A stretch of DNA of 64,000 nt, taken from an uncultured Spirochaetota bacterium. GTDB lineage: Bacteria > Spirochaetota > Spirochaetia > SZUA-6 > Fen-1364. A model generated the notes under the pieces. The model ran no database searches. It worked only from the letters and a program-made list of their open reading frames with translations, and was not told the origin of the DNA. The stretch is from the NCBI GenBank assembly GCA_963745235.1, contig CAVUXE010000015.1, forward strand, positions 32,001 to 96,000. Reading direction: 5' to 3'. Made by a program: the position numbers and the translations under genes. Shown piece after piece: positions 30,940-41,675 of the stretch. Each line of letters starts with the position of its first letter. Positions within the stretch are counted from its first letter, which is position 1.

Positions 30940-32977
30940 CAGCGGAGGGCGGCGTGGTGACCGGTGGCCTGGTCACCGTTCGGCTGGTGACCCGTCGCCC
31001 GGTGGACGGTCCGCCGGCCGCTGGTCGATCTGGTCGGTTCGCCGCCAGAAGGCCGTAGAGCAGCTCGCTCGCCAGCCGACGCGAATCCACGGGTCCCGCC
31101 GCATGAATCCCCGTCTGCACCTTACCCTCCGGGTCCCAAGACGTGTGTCGAAAGAAAGCGGTGCCGGGAGGAAGGTCCCGACCGCCTGCCAGGCAGATGC
31201 GGGAAAGCTCCTCCAGGAGAGACTTCAGGTCGCGGCGGCCCGCAAGCTCCGCAAGCCTCTTCAGGAGATACGCGGTCTCGTTGCCGGCAAAAAGCAGCCG
31301 TTGTCGCGCGAAGGAATCCACGACGGTCCCGTCCAGGGGCGGCTCCCCGGGTGCTCGCTCGGCATCCCGGTGAACCCGTATCCAGGGAAGAATGAGTGAG
31401 GCAAACAGCCGGGCGCTTTCCGCTGACCTGGCGGTGGCAGAGGCGCCGCCCGCTTTCGGCTCCGCGGGTCTGTACCCGCGCCGGCGCAGCTCGACGAACA
31501 ACCTCACGACGAGCCGGGAGGCTTCGGAATCCGCGTCGCGCCCGGGTCGTGAGGTCGGCGGATGGAATGCGTCCCAGGGAACCCCGGCGAAACGCTCTGC
31601 AATGACACCCTGCGCCTTCTTGTAGCGGTCCTTCCCGAGCCGATCCAGGACGCGGCAAAGGGGGAAGAAGATCTCCCATCCGCGGATGTCCCCCGCTTCC
31701 TGCGCGCCGCGGCGCAGCCGCGCGTCCCAATTGCCGAACGTTGGCGCCTCTGCCGGCGAGCACAGGCTTGCAGGCACGGCGCAGCGACCCCTGTCGTCCA
31801 CGAATAGGTCAACGAACCGTTGCCCGGCGAGGAAATACTTCTCGAAGGGAAGCCCCTCTCCCTCGAGGTCTTCCGCGAGCATGAGAAGGAGATCGGCTAT
31901 CCGCGCCGAATGAGGGACGGAGAGCACGGGGCGGGACTGCTGGCCCCTGACGCCGTGCCATTTCCCATCGCCCCGGTGGAAGCTCTCGTAGAACAGGCCG
32001 GACGGGAGCTGGCCCTTCAGAGAGAAATCCGCGAGCCGCAGCGCCGTTTCTCCCATGCGCTCTTCCCGGGGAAAAAGCCTCCGCAGGGCCACTGCCAGCC
32101 CAACGCCAGCCGTGGAGGAAAGCCATGGGCTTCCCGGCACCTCCCGCAGCCCGGCTACCCCCCCCTCCTCCACCAGGTGGGAGGAAAGGACGCCCTCCGC
32201 TGCCCGCCGGAACGCGGCGAGCGCGGGAGAGGACTTCGACGCGCGCTTGGGGACGGGTCCCGCCGGAAGTCGCTTGAGAACCGCGGCGGGCGCAGTCAGA
32301 AGGATTTCGCGCCGAGGTGAGAAGGCAAGAAACAGCTCGTGGGTCCTTTCGAGGCTTCCCGAGCATTCGATCACGGGATCCTCGGGCTGCGCGCGATGCT
32401 CAGGCCGGGGCCCTGTTCTGGAGACCGGTTGTTCGACCCCGGGGAACCTCACCTCCACGTGCAGCCGCACAGGCTCATCGTCCCTCTCTGTCCTGCTGAC
32501 ACCAATGCTCGCTGCGTCCTGGCCGCTTCGGGCGGACCGGGAGAAAATGGCGGCAGCGCTGTCTCCCAGGGTGACAATGAGGGCCGCGGGGTAGCTCGTC
32601 CTCTCCCCAAGAAAGGAAACCGGGGAGGCGGGAAGACCGCGCTCGACGTGGACGCCGGGAAAAAAACACACGGGGTCATTCTGCGCATCGAACTCGAGAT
32701 CCAGGAGGACCTTGACCGGGCCGGGAGTCATGACGTTCCAGCTCCGGCTGATGACTACTCCGCCCGCGTCCGCGGTGATCCTGTCTTTCACCAGTCCGAA
32801 GAGGAAAAACGCCTTCACGTCCGCAGACGTCCTCGACCCCGAGCCTGTTGTCTCCAGGACAACGCTGGCAGGCTCACGGTCATGGCCATTCCAGGAAAAC
32901 CGGTAGGGAAGGAAAAAGCTCACGCCGCTGTCCGTTACAACTCTGATGGTGCGCGAATCCAGCTGGGTGACGTTCAT
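30878..32977 (-). CDS. Hypothetical protein, 699 aa
   Basis: Long ORF with globular composition filling the nadE-radA gap; SD-like sequence upstream; no motif recognised. Confidence 0.75.
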   Translation of the reverse strand: MNVTQLDSRTIRVVTDSGVSFFLPYRFSWNGHDREPASVVLETTGSGSRTSADVKAFFLFGLVKDRITADAGGVVISRSWNVMTPGPVKVLLDLEFDAQNDPVCFFPGVHVERGLPASPVSFLGERTSYPAALIVTLGDSAAAIFSRSARSGQDAASIGVSRTERDDEPVRLHVEVRFPGVEQPVSRTGPRPEHRAQPEDPVIECSGSLERTHELFLAFSPRREILLTAPAAVLKRLPAGPVPKRASKSSPALAAFRRAAEGVLSSHLVEEGGVAGLREVPGSPWLSSTAGVGLAVALRRLFPREERMGETALRLADFSLKGQLPSGLFYESFHRGDGKWHGVRGQQSRPVLSVPHSARIADLLLMLAEDLEGEGLPFEKYFLAGQRFVDLFVDDRGRCAVPASLCSPAEAPTFGNWDARLRRGAQEAGDIRGWEIFFPLCRVLDRLGKDRYKKAQGVIAERFAGVPWDAFHPPTSRPGRDADSEASRLVVRLFVELRRRGYRPAEPKAGGASATARSAESARLFASLILPWIRVHRDAERAPGEPPLDGTVVDSFARQRLLFAGNETAYLLKRLAELAGRRDLKSLLEELSRICLAGGRDLPPGTAFFRHTSWDPEGKVQTGIHAAGPVDSRRLASELLYGLLAANRPDRPAAGGPSTGRRVTSRTVTRPPVTTPPSAAKPSARSGRGARSRKPSGKP

Positions 32978-33056
32978 GTCCGGGAGTTCCTGTCCCCTAT
33001 CATAGCCGGGCGGACTTCACGTTGACAACCCGGGAGCGGCCCCCTATCCTCCCGAA

Positions 33057-34421
33057 ATGCGACCAAAGACGCTCTTCGAATGCACCCGCTGCGGCCACCA
33101 GGAGCCCAGGTGGCTCGGACGGTGCCCGTCCTGCGGCACGTGGAACAGCTTCTCCGAGGTCGCTCCTGCCGCCGCTCCCGCCCGACGGGGTCTCTCTGAT
33201 GGGAAGGGGCTCGCCATCCCCCTCTCCTCCATAGAGACGCGGGAGGGAATGCGGCTGGACACGGGAATCAAGGAGATGAACAGGGTCCTGGGCGGCGGGT
33301 TGATGCGCGGGTCCTCCGTCCTCATGGGTGGGGAGCCGGGGATCGGCAAATCCACCCTCATGCTCCAGCTCGCCGCGCGACTCGAGGTCCGCGGCCGGAG
33401 CCTTTACGTATCCGGGGAGGAGTCCCCGGGGCAGCTGCGCATGCGCGCGGACAGGATCCGCATCTCCTCGGAGCGCATCGAGGTGGTCTCGGAAACCGAG
33501 CTGACATCGATCATGCAGGTGCTGGAACAGGTCAAGCCGGTCCTCATCATCGTGGATTCCATCCAGACCCTCTACACGCGGGAGGTCAATGCTCTGCCGG
33601 GCACGGTCAACCAGATCAAGGTGTGCACGCAGGAGCTTGTGGACTGGGCGCGCTCCCGAGGGGCGGCCGTCTTCCTGGTTGCGCACGTGACGAAGGAAGG
33701 AGCGATTGCCGGACCGAAGCTGATCGAGCACCTCGTGGATACCGTCGTGTCGTTCGAGCAGGCAAGCGCTGAAATCAGGACGCTGCAGGCGGTCAAAAAC
33801 AGGTTCGGGTCCGTGGACGAGATCGGCTTCTTTCGCATGACGGAGAATGGCCTGGAGGAGGTGGATGACGCGACCAGCCTTTTCCTCACCCGGCGGGAGG
33901 GAGGTAATCCGCCCGGCGTGGCCGTGGCTCCCGTCTTCGAGGGCTCTCGCGTGCTCCTGGTGGAGATCCAGAGCCTGACCGTTCCCGCGAAAAGCGGGAT
34001 CAGCAGGATCTACTCCGACAGGATTGACGCCGGGCGGGTGGCGCGCATGGCTGCTGTCCTTGAAAAGCACCTGGGTCTCCACCTCGCGGAGCACGACATC
34101 TACGTCAACGTTGCCGGCGGCATCCGTATTGCGGAGGTGGGCGTCGAGCTTCCCCTTGCCCTTGCCCTGTATTCCGCTCGAACCGGGTCTGCCCTCCCGG
34201 CCGCCACCGCCGTCACGGGAGAGGTGAGCCTCACCGGAGAGGTCCGCCCGGTGCCCGGCATCGAAAAACGCGCCCGCGCGTGCCGCGACATGGGGTTCCA
34301 TACCCTCATCGGCCCCGGAGGAACCGGCGCGGACAGGCCAGAGACGGGTGCTTTCAGCCCGGTGGAAATGGCGCGCGATGCGGTTCGAATCGCCTTCGCT
34401 CCCCAGGCGACCAGTGCCTGA
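33057..34421 (+). CDS. radA: DNA repair protein RadA/Sms
   Basis: C4 zinc finger, GEPGIGKSTL Walker A, KNRFG motif, Lon-like C-terminus. Confidence 0.97.
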   Translation: MRPKTLFECTRCGHQEPRWLGRCPSCGTWNSFSEVAPAAAPARRGLSDGKGLAIPLSSIETREGMRLDTGIKEMNRVLGGGLMRGSSVLMGGEPGIGKSTLMLQLAARLEVRGRSLYVSGEESPGQLRMRADRIRISSERIEVVSETELTSIMQVLEQVKPVLIIVDSIQTLYTREVNALPGTVNQIKVCTQELVDWARSRGAAVFLVAHVTKEGAIAGPKLIEHLVDTVVSFEQASAEIRTLQAVKNRFGSVDEIGFFRMTENGLEEVDDATSLFLTRREGGNPPGVAVAPVFEGSRVLLVEIQSLTVPAKSGISRIYSDRIDAGRVARMAAVLEKHLGLHLAEHDIYVNVAGGIRIAEVGVELPLALALYSARTGSALPAATAVTGEVSLTGEVRPVPGIEKRARACRDMGFHTLIGPGGTGADRPETGAFSPVEMARDAVRIAFAPQATSA

Positions 34422-34442
34422 GCGAAGGTTTCGGGGCCCGCC

Positions 34443-36128
34443 CTACAAAACCTGCATCCGGATGGCGTCGCCATCCTGCGCAAGCAGCTTCTCGAACTCG
34501 GGAGCGGGAACCGGCGGGCTGAAGAGGTAGCCCTGCATCATGTCACAGGGCAGGCTTCGCGTCAGGCCGGCCTGGGCCGGAGAGGAAACCCCTTCCACGA
34601 TCACCATTTTCCTTCGAACCTTGATGATTTCAACGAGGGAGCGAATGAACTGCCGCTCCTCTTCCTGGTTGTCCACGTGCTGGATGAAGGACTTGTCGAT
34701 CTTCAGGGTGGTGGCGGGCAGCTCCTTCAGGTAGCTCAGGGACGAATGACCCGTGCCGAAATCATCGATGAACACCTCCAGGCCGATCTTCCGAAGGTCC
34801 TCCATGCGGTTGATGGTGGCCTCGGGATCCACCATGCTCTCTGTCTCTGTTATCTCGAGCCTGATCCGGTCAGAGGGCAGATCTCCGGCACGCTTCATTG
34901 CCGTGGCAAGGTTGTCCACCAGGTGCGGGCCGCGGAACTCGCTGGCTGACAGGTTGACCGACACGAACATGTCGCGCACGTCCATCCAGCGCTTCGCCTG
35001 CTCGCACGCGTTGAAGACCACCCATCGTCCGATCTTGTCGATCTGGCCGGAGCGCGTGGCGAGAGGGATGAACTCCATGGGCATCAGGACACCGAGTGTC
35101 GGGTGGCGCCAGCGGACCAGCGCTTCCGCCCCGACAATGCGCCCGACCCGGGTGACCATGGGCTGGTACTCCAGGAAAAGCTCGCTGCCGCGGAACGCGT
35201 TCAAGAGCTCCCCCTGGAGCCGCAGCTGCTTGTTGGCGGCTTCATGGAGCTTCGTGTCGAAGATCATGAACGGCTCACTGCGTTTGCGGGCCTCCGTCAT
35301 GGCCGTGAAGGCGTTGCGCGTCACAGCCCCCGCGTCGTCACCATCGTCGGGGTACAAAGAGATCCCCATGGTGCAGGTCAGAGTGATGTCCATCCCGTGG
35401 AAGCGATACGGAGTGGTCACCTCGGTGTGAATGGCATTCGCCAGGGAGGCAAGGGCCGTCCTGTCGGGGATGTCAGTCAGGACCGCGGCAAGCTCGTTGC
35501 CGTCGAACCGAAAGGCGTAATCACTCGGCCGGAGGGCCTTTCGGAATCTGAGCCCCGTGTTCTCCAGGAGAAGGTCCGATATCTCGTAGCCGTGGAGCTG
35601 GGTCACCGCGTCCATGTCGTGCAGGCCCATGATCAGCACCGCCCGGGGCTGCGCGCGCTCGGACAGCTTTGCCTTTTCGATCTCTTTTTCCAGGATCACG
35701 CCGAGTGAGCGCCGGTTGAACAGACCCGTCACAGGGTCACGGTATTCGTAGTTCGTCAGCTTGGATTCGATCTCCCCGATATGGGTGATGTCATGGGAGA
35801 AAACCAGGGCATGCGACACGCCGCCGTCCTCCCTGTAGGGGAAATAGGTCACGTGCATGTACTTCATGAACGGGCCGAACTTGAACTTGTCGATGTTGTT
35901 GACTTCCTCACCGGCGAAGCAGCGGTCCAGGAAGCCCTTGATGGGGGCTCTGAACTTCTCTTGCCCCCACACCTGCGAAACCGTCCGCCCGATGATTTCG
36001 GCGCGTGGCTTCTGCACCTCCCGGCAGTACGAGTCGTTCGCAAGGACATAGCGGTAGCCCCGGTCAATGAGAGTAATGGAGTCGTTGGACAGATTTACAA
36101 TGTTTTCGTAGACGCTCGCCTTTTCCAT
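34443..36128 (-). CDS. PAS-GGDEF(degenerate)-EAL c-di-GMP phosphodiesterase
   Basis: PAS N-terminus; DPVTGLFNRR with DGNEL in place of GGDEF; EALVRW, DDFGTGHSSL, KIDKSF and QGY motifs. Confidence 0.92.
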   Translation of the reverse strand: MEKASVYENIVNLSNDSITLIDRGYRYVLANDSYCREVQKPRAEIIGRTVSQVWGQEKFRAPIKGFLDRCFAGEEVNNIDKFKFGPFMKYMHVTYFPYREDGGVSHALVFSHDITHIGEIESKLTNYEYRDPVTGLFNRRSLGVILEKEIEKAKLSERAQPRAVLIMGLHDMDAVTQLHGYEISDLLLENTGLRFRKALRPSDYAFRFDGNELAAVLTDIPDRTALASLANAIHTEVTTPYRFHGMDITLTCTMGISLYPDDGDDAGAVTRNAFTAMTEARKRSEPFMIFDTKLHEAANKQLRLQGELLNAFRGSELFLEYQPMVTRVGRIVGAEALVRWRHPTLGVLMPMEFIPLATRSGQIDKIGRWVVFNACEQAKRWMDVRDMFVSVNLSASEFRGPHLVDNLATAMKRAGDLPSDRIRLEITETESMVDPEATINRMEDLRKIGLEVFIDDFGTGHSSLSYLKELPATTLKIDKSFIQHVDNQEEERQFIRSLVEIIKVRRKMVIVEGVSSPAQAGLTRSLPCDMMQGYLFSPPVPAPEFEKLLAQDGDAIRMQVL

Positions 36129-36255
36129 CCCGACATACCCCTAAGTCACCTTCCCTAATATAACCGGCAGGGAAGCCAGTTTTCAACAAAAACGCCATAC
36201 TGGAGATATTTGCGTCCCCGGCGAAACGTCCCGGATTTTTGTGTATGTTAGGGGC

Positions 36256-37167
36256 ATGATCTACAGAGCTCTCGGTTCGACCGGACTCAAGGTGTCGGTG
36301 GTGGGGATTGGGACATGGCAGCTCGGCGGCGAATGGGGAAAGGCTTTCACGGAGACAGAAGTCGGCGCACTATTCGAGGCTGCGCGGCAGAACGGGATCA
36401 CCCTGATCGACACCGCCGAGTGTTACGGGGACCATCTCTCTGAGAAGCTCGTGGGCCTGGCCATCAAGGCAGACCGTTCGCGCTGGGTCCTTGCCACAAA
36501 GTTCGGCCATCGCTACACGACGCCTTTCGAGCGTGAACAGCTCTGGAGCGCCGCGGATGTGCAAAAGCAGCTCGAGGGGTCCCTGTCGGCGCTTGGAACG
36601 GACGCGATAGACCTCTATCAGTTCCACTCAGGGACCAGACAGGCGTTCGACAATGACGAGCTGTGGACCATGCTGGGCAGGCAGAAAGACGCCGGGAAAG
36701 TCCGCCACCTGGGCATTTCGATATCGAGCTCGATGGGGCATGAGGACCAGGCCTACCAGGCGAGACGCGCGCGGGAGGTGGGGGCGGAAAGTCTCCAGGT
36801 GGTGTACAACCGGCTCGAGCGATGGCCGGAAGAGGCCATCTTTCCAATCTGCGGGGACGGCAACCTCGGCGTCCTGGCCCGCGTGCCTCTTGCAAGCGGG
36901 TTTCTCAGCGGCAAGTACAGGAAGGGCATTACGTTCGGCCCGGATGACTTCCGGTCCCGCAAGACCCCTCAGGAGCTGGACGCCATGGCCGCTGATGCAA
37001 TGAAAGTCAGGGCGGAAGAAGTGCCGGCGGGAGTGCCCATGGCGGCTTGGGCCTTGTCATGGTGTCTGAGGAATCCGATGGTCACCGCGGTCATTCCCGG
37101 CTGCAAGAACGCCGAGCAGGTCTCAGAGAACGCGAAGGCGGTGGAGCTGCTGAAGGTGCAGGCGTGA
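36256..37167 (+). CDS. Aldo/keto reductase
   Basis: LGSTGLKVS..G.GTW, IDTAECYG, LATKFG, IDLYQFH, PLASGFLSG motifs. Confidence 0.93.
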   Translation: MIYRALGSTGLKVSVVGIGTWQLGGEWGKAFTETEVGALFEAARQNGITLIDTAECYGDHLSEKLVGLAIKADRSRWVLATKFGHRYTTPFEREQLWSAADVQKQLEGSLSALGTDAIDLYQFHSGTRQAFDNDELWTMLGRQKDAGKVRHLGISISSSMGHEDQAYQARRAREVGAESLQVVYNRLERWPEEAIFPICGDGNLGVLARVPLASGFLSGKYRKGITFGPDDFRSRKTPQELDAMAADAMKVRAEEVPAGVPMAAWALSWCLRNPMVTAVIPGCKNAEQVSENAKAVELLKVQA

Positions 37168-37170
37168 GAA

Positions 37171-37200
37171 GAGAGCCCGCTGGGGTCAGCGGGCGCTCTC
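37171..37200. terminator. Hairpin between convergent genes
   Basis: GAGAGCCCGCTG-GGGT-CAGCGGGCGCTCTC stem-loop. Confidence 0.6.
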
Positions 37201-37206
37201 GAAGCT

Positions 37207-37920
37207 CTAGAAGACGTTGTACTTGATGCCGATCGTTGCCGTGACGGACCAGAACGTGTCCGAGTAAGGGTAGGCGCCAGGAGCGCCGGTCGGATCGGTA
37301 GCCTGTATATTCGTCAATCCCATGTCGAACTGGACCGCCGGGGAAAGCGAGAAATTGCCGCCCAACGCGATATCCACGCCGCCGGTGAAGTGAAGGCCGT
37401 ACTCCCCGACGATAGTATTGCTTGAATCCAGCGTTATGGAAGTTGGGAATCCGTAGGGGTTCGAATTGTAGCTGGCAGACGATGAGCCGCCCACGAAATG
37501 CCCGATGAAAGCTCCCGCGCGCAAGGTCAGGGCAAGGGACTGCGCGAGAGGGATTCTGCCCACGACGGAGATCGGAAATTGCAGATAGTTGTAGGTGTTG
37601 TCAGTCGTCTGGGTGATCCCAGGGCCAACCATGGCGCTTTCGAAATTGTTCAGCACCCCATGGTTGTTGAGCGAGTCATATTCAGCGCCCACTGAGACTC
37701 CAAGATCCACTGGCCCGACGGTCACGAGAAAAACGTCGACGCCAATGCCGCCGGCAAATGCCGCTCGCGGACTGCCTGTTTCGTTCGGGTTGGAAGTCGA
37801 TCCGAGAGCCAGCCCTCCTGCGCCTTTCGCCTCGATATCCAGGCTGACGGCACCCGCAACGAAAGGCATGGCAAGTGCAAGACAAGCTGCCAGAACAAGA
37901 GCGAGCCAGAAACTTCGCAT
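37207..37920 (-). CDS. Outer-membrane beta-barrel protein (small, PorT-like)
   Basis: Signal peptide, alternating amphipathic strands, YLQFPI, C-terminal aromatic signature IKYNVF. Confidence 0.75.
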   Translation of the reverse strand: MRSFWLALVLAACLALAMPFVAGAVSLDIEAKGAGGLALGSTSNPNETGSPRAAFAGGIGVDVFLVTVGPVDLGVSVGAEYDSLNNHGVLNNFESAMVGPGITQTTDNTYNYLQFPISVVGRIPLAQSLALTLRAGAFIGHFVGGSSSASYNSNPYGFPTSITLDSSNTIVGEYGLHFTGGVDIALGGNFSLSPAVQFDMGLTNIQATDPTGAPGAYPYSDTFWSVTATIGIKYNVF

Positions 37921-37984
37921 TTTCCACCTCCACGTTGAAGTACATAGACGCCCAATGCATAGGTTCGCTATGCAAAGACAGCCT

Positions 37985-38013
37985 ATACTAAGGGGAGGCG
38001 GTCAACTTGTCAA
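37985..38013 (-). promoter_or_regulatory. Sigma70 promoter of the beta-barrel gene
   Basis: TTGACA-17-TAGTAT on the minus strand. Confidence 0.65.
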
Positions 38014-38029
38014 TTCAAACCTTTTGCGA

Positions 38030-39535
38030 TCAGACTCCGCGCGCCAGGTGGTAGTAGGCGGAGCTCCACCTCAACTCTTTCTTGAAGTCCGGTATTGTCG
38101 TTTCCTTCCCGATCAGGAGGAACTCCATCCCCGCCATCTCCGCGAAATCTTCCAGGTGCTCAGCGGTCACCGAGTGGCTGAACCCGGTGTGATGCGCGCC
38201 GCCCGCCAGGATCCAGGCTGCGGCCGCCACTTTCAGGTTCGGCCGCGGCACCCACAGCGCCCTGGCCACGGGGAGCTTGGGCAGGGGCTCGAGGGGTGCA
38301 ACCACGTCCACCTCGTTCACGATCATGCGGAACCTGTCCCCCATGTCGATGATGGTGGCGTTGACTGCGGGGCCCGTCTTCGCTGTGAACACGAGTCGGG
38401 CGGGATCTTCCTTGCCGCCGATGGATAACTGGTGCATCTCCAGGGACGGCTTGCCGTCGGAGATGGATTCGCACACCTCCAGCATGTGCGCTCCCAGGAC
38501 CTTCATGCCGCTGGGGTCGAAGTGGTAGGTATAGTCCTCCATGAACGAAGTGCCCCCCGGCAGGCCGCAAGCCATCACCTTCATGGATCGGACCAGGGCC
38601 GCTGTCTTCCAGTCTCCCTCTCCGCCGAATCCATAGCCGTCCGCCATCAGCCTCTGCACCGCGATGCCGGGCAGCTGCGGGAGGCCGTGGAGGTCCTGGA
38701 AGTTCGTCGTGAAAGCGTTGAAGCCCCCATCCTCGAGGAACCCGCGCATGCCCAGCTCAATCCGCGCCGATTCCCGAAGAGCCTGCCGCCTTGCCCCGCC
38801 CTGCTTGAGGTCCTTGGAGACCGTGTAGCGCTGTTCGTACTCGGAGAGGAGCCTGTCCGTCTGTGTATCCGTGACGGCCTTCACCCGCTCAACGAGGTCC
38901 CCGACGCCGAAGCCGTTCACCGAGTACCCCAGGCGCATCTGCGCCTCCACCTTGTCTCCCTCCGTCACGGCCACCTCGCGCATGTTGTCCCCGAAGCGCG
39001 CCACCTTGAGGCCCTGTGCATCATGCCAGGCGGCAGCGGCCCTCATCCAGACTGCCAGCTCCGACTGGACCTGCTCGTCACGCCAGTGTCCCACAACCAC
39101 CTTGCGCGCAATCCGCATCCTGCTGCCGATGAACCCGAACTCCCGGTCCCCGTGGGCGGACTGGTTGGTGTTCATGAAGTTCATGTCGATTGTCGACCAG
39201 GGGATGTCCCTGTTGAACTGCGTGTGGAGGTGAACGAACGGCTTCTGCAGGGCCGCCAGCCCGGCAATCCACATCTTGGCGGGAGAGAAGGTATGCATCC
39301 AGGTGATGACGCCGACGCAGGCGGGGGAAGAGCTCGCTTCCCGGCACAGGCGAAGGATAGCATCAGAGTCGGTGGAGACCGGCTTGAAAACGACGGTCAG
39401 CGGGATGGACGGTGAGCCGGACAAGGACCGCGCAATCTCCTGCGAATGCTGCGCCACGGTGTCCAGCACTTCCTTGCCATACAGGACCTGGCTTCCCGTG
39501 ACAAACCATGCTTCGAGCTTCTTCAGATCGATCAT
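38030..39535 (-). CDS. araA: L-arabinose isomerase
   Basis: [61 protein letters not shown]; 501 aa. Confidence 0.97.
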   Translation of the reverse strand: MIDLKKLEAWFVTGSQVLYGKEVLDTVAQHSQEIARSLSGSPSIPLTVVFKPVSTDSDAILRLCREASSSPACVGVITWMHTFSPAKMWIAGLAALQKPFVHLHTQFNRDIPWSTIDMNFMNTNQSAHGDREFGFIGSRMRIARKVVVGHWRDEQVQSELAVWMRAAAAWHDAQGLKVARFGDNMREVAVTEGDKVEAQMRLGYSVNGFGVGDLVERVKAVTDTQTDRLLSEYEQRYTVSKDLKQGGARRQALRESARIELGMRGFLEDGGFNAFTTNFQDLHGLPQLPGIAVQRLMADGYGFGGEGDWKTAALVRSMKVMACGLPGGTSFMEDYTYHFDPSGMKVLGAHMLEVCESISDGKPSLEMHQLSIGGKEDPARLVFTAKTGPAVNATIIDMGDRFRMIVNEVDVVAPLEPLPKLPVARALWVPRPNLKVAAAAWILAGGAHHTGFSHSVTAEHLEDFAEMAGMEFLLIGKETTIPDFKKELRWSSAYYHLARGV

Positions 39536-39602
39536 CCCATGCCTCCCACAAAGCAATGTGCGTCGAGTATAGCGGCGGCAGGCCCGCGGCGCAATCATGA
39601 GG

Positions 39603-40517
39603 CTAGTCCGGGAACTCCTCTCGCAGGGCGGCAAGGGATTCCTCGAGCTGGCCGCGCAACAGCCCGTCTGTGTACTCACGGCCGAGCTTGGGGCCCGGAA
39701 GCTCCAGGTACCCGGTGATGTCGTCCGTGGGAAACCGCTTCGCGTTCTTTTCCAGAAGCATCCTGAGCTTCCTGATATCCACGATGCCCCGGGCCCGTTC
39801 CTCGGCCCCGAAGCCGAAGGTGGAGTTGAATATTGCATCGGTGTTCTTGAAATGGAACTCCCACATCCAGGGGATCTCCCGCTCGAACATCTCCCAGTTG
39901 TCGTGAAGCACTCTCTTCCTCTCGTCGGCAACGCCGTGGGAGATGTCAGCGCAGAGGTACAGCGGGACTGTCCCACCCGGCTCCGCAGCATGCGCCGAGT
40001 CGAAGACCGATGTCATTTCCTGGAGCTGCTCCGGCGTCGAGGGGTACTCCCACGTCGAAGACATCGGCTCCACGGTGATGGTGCGAAGCCCCTCGCGCCG
40101 CGCAAATCGCATGAGGTCTTTCATGTGGCTGAAGAAGCACCGCAGGCCCTCATCCCGGAGCGCCGGCTGATCACGCATGACGATGCCCGCGCTGGAGCCG
40201 GCGCTGTCTGCGCCCAGGAGCGACGCCACGTGAATGAGCCGCTCCCACCCCCAGCGCGCGGTGGCCTCCAGGGCGGGGTCCCCGCTGGCCCAGCTTCCCA
40301 TCTCCCGGTGGGAGGTGAAGACGCTGGCAATCCCTATCCCCCGTTTCTCCGCCGCGGCGCGAAGCCGCTTGAAGTAGCCCTCCTCCGCCGTGAAGGTCGG
40401 GAAGGAGCTTCCCATCTGGAGCCGGCTCACGTGGAAATCCGCCATGATTCCAAACAGCCAGTCGAAGGTATAGCGGTTCTCGATGGGGTCGCTTTTCACG
40501 CCGAGGTGGACTGTCAT
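39603..40517 (-). CDS. Sugar phosphate isomerase/epimerase (xylose-isomerase-like TIM barrel)
   Basis: Metal-ligand pattern VEPMS, DISHG, HFKNTD, YLE; 4-bp overlap with the upstream dehydrogenase. Confidence 0.75.
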   Translation of the reverse strand: MTVHLGVKSDPIENRYTFDWLFGIMADFHVSRLQMGSSFPTFTAEEGYFKRLRAAAEKRGIGIASVFTSHREMGSWASGDPALEATARWGWERLIHVASLLGADSAGSSAGIVMRDQPALRDEGLRCFFSHMKDLMRFARREGLRTITVEPMSSTWEYPSTPEQLQEMTSVFDSAHAAEPGGTVPLYLCADISHGVADERKRVLHDNWEMFEREIPWMWEFHFKNTDAIFNSTFGFGAEERARGIVDIRKLRMLLEKNAKRFPTDDITGYLELPGPKLGREYTDGLLRGQLEESLAALREEFPD

Positions 40518-41548
40518 GGCGCGAACACCACCTTGTTGAAGGATTCGGTCCGTCCCACGACCCGGCGGAAAACATCCGCTCCGTCCGCGAGCCTCGGAGT
40601 GTGACTGATGAGTCGCGCAACCTCCATGGTGCGCCCCAGGGCGGAGAGGACGGTGGTCCACTCGTTCCTGCCTTCGGGAACCACGCGGGAGTTCCACGTG
40701 CCCCTGATGACAAGCTCGCGCCGCAGGATCGAGGAGAAGTCCTTCTCCCCTATCTGGAAGCTCCCCCGAATGTTTCCCAGAAAGACCACCTCGCCGAACC
40801 TGGCCGCGGCCATGACCGCCTGGAGGAAGGTCTGGGGCAATCCAATCGCTTCGACAATCCTGTCCGCGCCGTACCCGTCGGTCATCGAAAGTATCTGGGC
40901 AACCGGGTCGCCCTTTCTCGAGTCTACCGGTGTGAAGCCCATCGCGGAAGCGAGGGACAACTTCTGTTCGTCGATGTCGACGAGGAACACACGGGAGCAG
41001 CCCCGCATGCGCATCCACTGGGCAGCCATGTTCCCGATCGGGCCGGCGCCGAACACTGCCCCCGTGTCCCCCGCGCGAATGGAGAGCTTGCCAACACCGT
41101 GCAGCGCAACCGCGCAGGGCTCCGTCATGGCGGCGTCCCGCATCTCCACCCCTTCGGGGACCGGCAGAAGGTTGGCGTCCGGCGCCCACACCTTCTCTGC
41201 GAACGCCCCGTCCCTGCGGGAGCCCAGGTAGTCGTAGTCCATGCACTGCGCGTAGTCGCCTGTCTGGCAGGGAACGCACCGGCGGCATGGGATGAGGGGG
41301 AAAACGATCACTTGCGCGTCGCGGGGGAACTTCCCGCCTTCCGCGGGCTCTTCGACAACTCCCGAGAACTCGTGCCCCATGATCAGCGGGTAATGGTAGG
41401 AAGCGCCTTCAAAGCCGCGGTGGATGTCGGAGTTGCAGATGCCGGAGAATGAGACGCGTATCAAGGCCCATCCGGGGCCAGGCCGGGCCGGGTCCGCCAC
41501 CTCTCTGTACTCAAGTGTCTTGTCTCGCACCAGGACCAGCGCTTTCAT
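40514..41548 (-). CDS. Zn-dependent dehydrogenase, galactitol-1-phosphate 5-dehydrogenase-like
   Basis: GICNSD, GHEFSG, C..C..C...C, LGSRRDGAFAE, GAGPIG. Confidence 0.88.
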   Translation of the reverse strand: MKALVLVRDKTLEYREVADPARPGPGWALIRVSFSGICNSDIHRGFEGASYHYPLIMGHEFSGVVEEPAEGGKFPRDAQVIVFPLIPCRRCVPCQTGDYAQCMDYDYLGSRRDGAFAEKVWAPDANLLPVPEGVEMRDAAMTEPCAVALHGVGKLSIRAGDTGAVFGAGPIGNMAAQWMRMRGCSRVFLVDIDEQKLSLASAMGFTPVDSRKGDPVAQILSMTDGYGADRIVEAIGLPQTFLQAVMAAARFGEVVFLGNIRGSFQIGEKDFSSILRRELVIRGTWNSRVVPEGRNEWTTVLSALGRTMEVARLISHTPRLADGADVFRRVVGRTESFNKVVFAP

Positions 41549-41675
41549 GGACGCCACCGTATACGACATGTTTGCATCGTTCAAGTGGTCCATGATCGAA
41601 TTTGTCCAATGATGATTGAAGTTGCTTGTAAAATGCTTCTCAATGAGTATAATCGCGCGTTCAGGGGGTCCCCAT

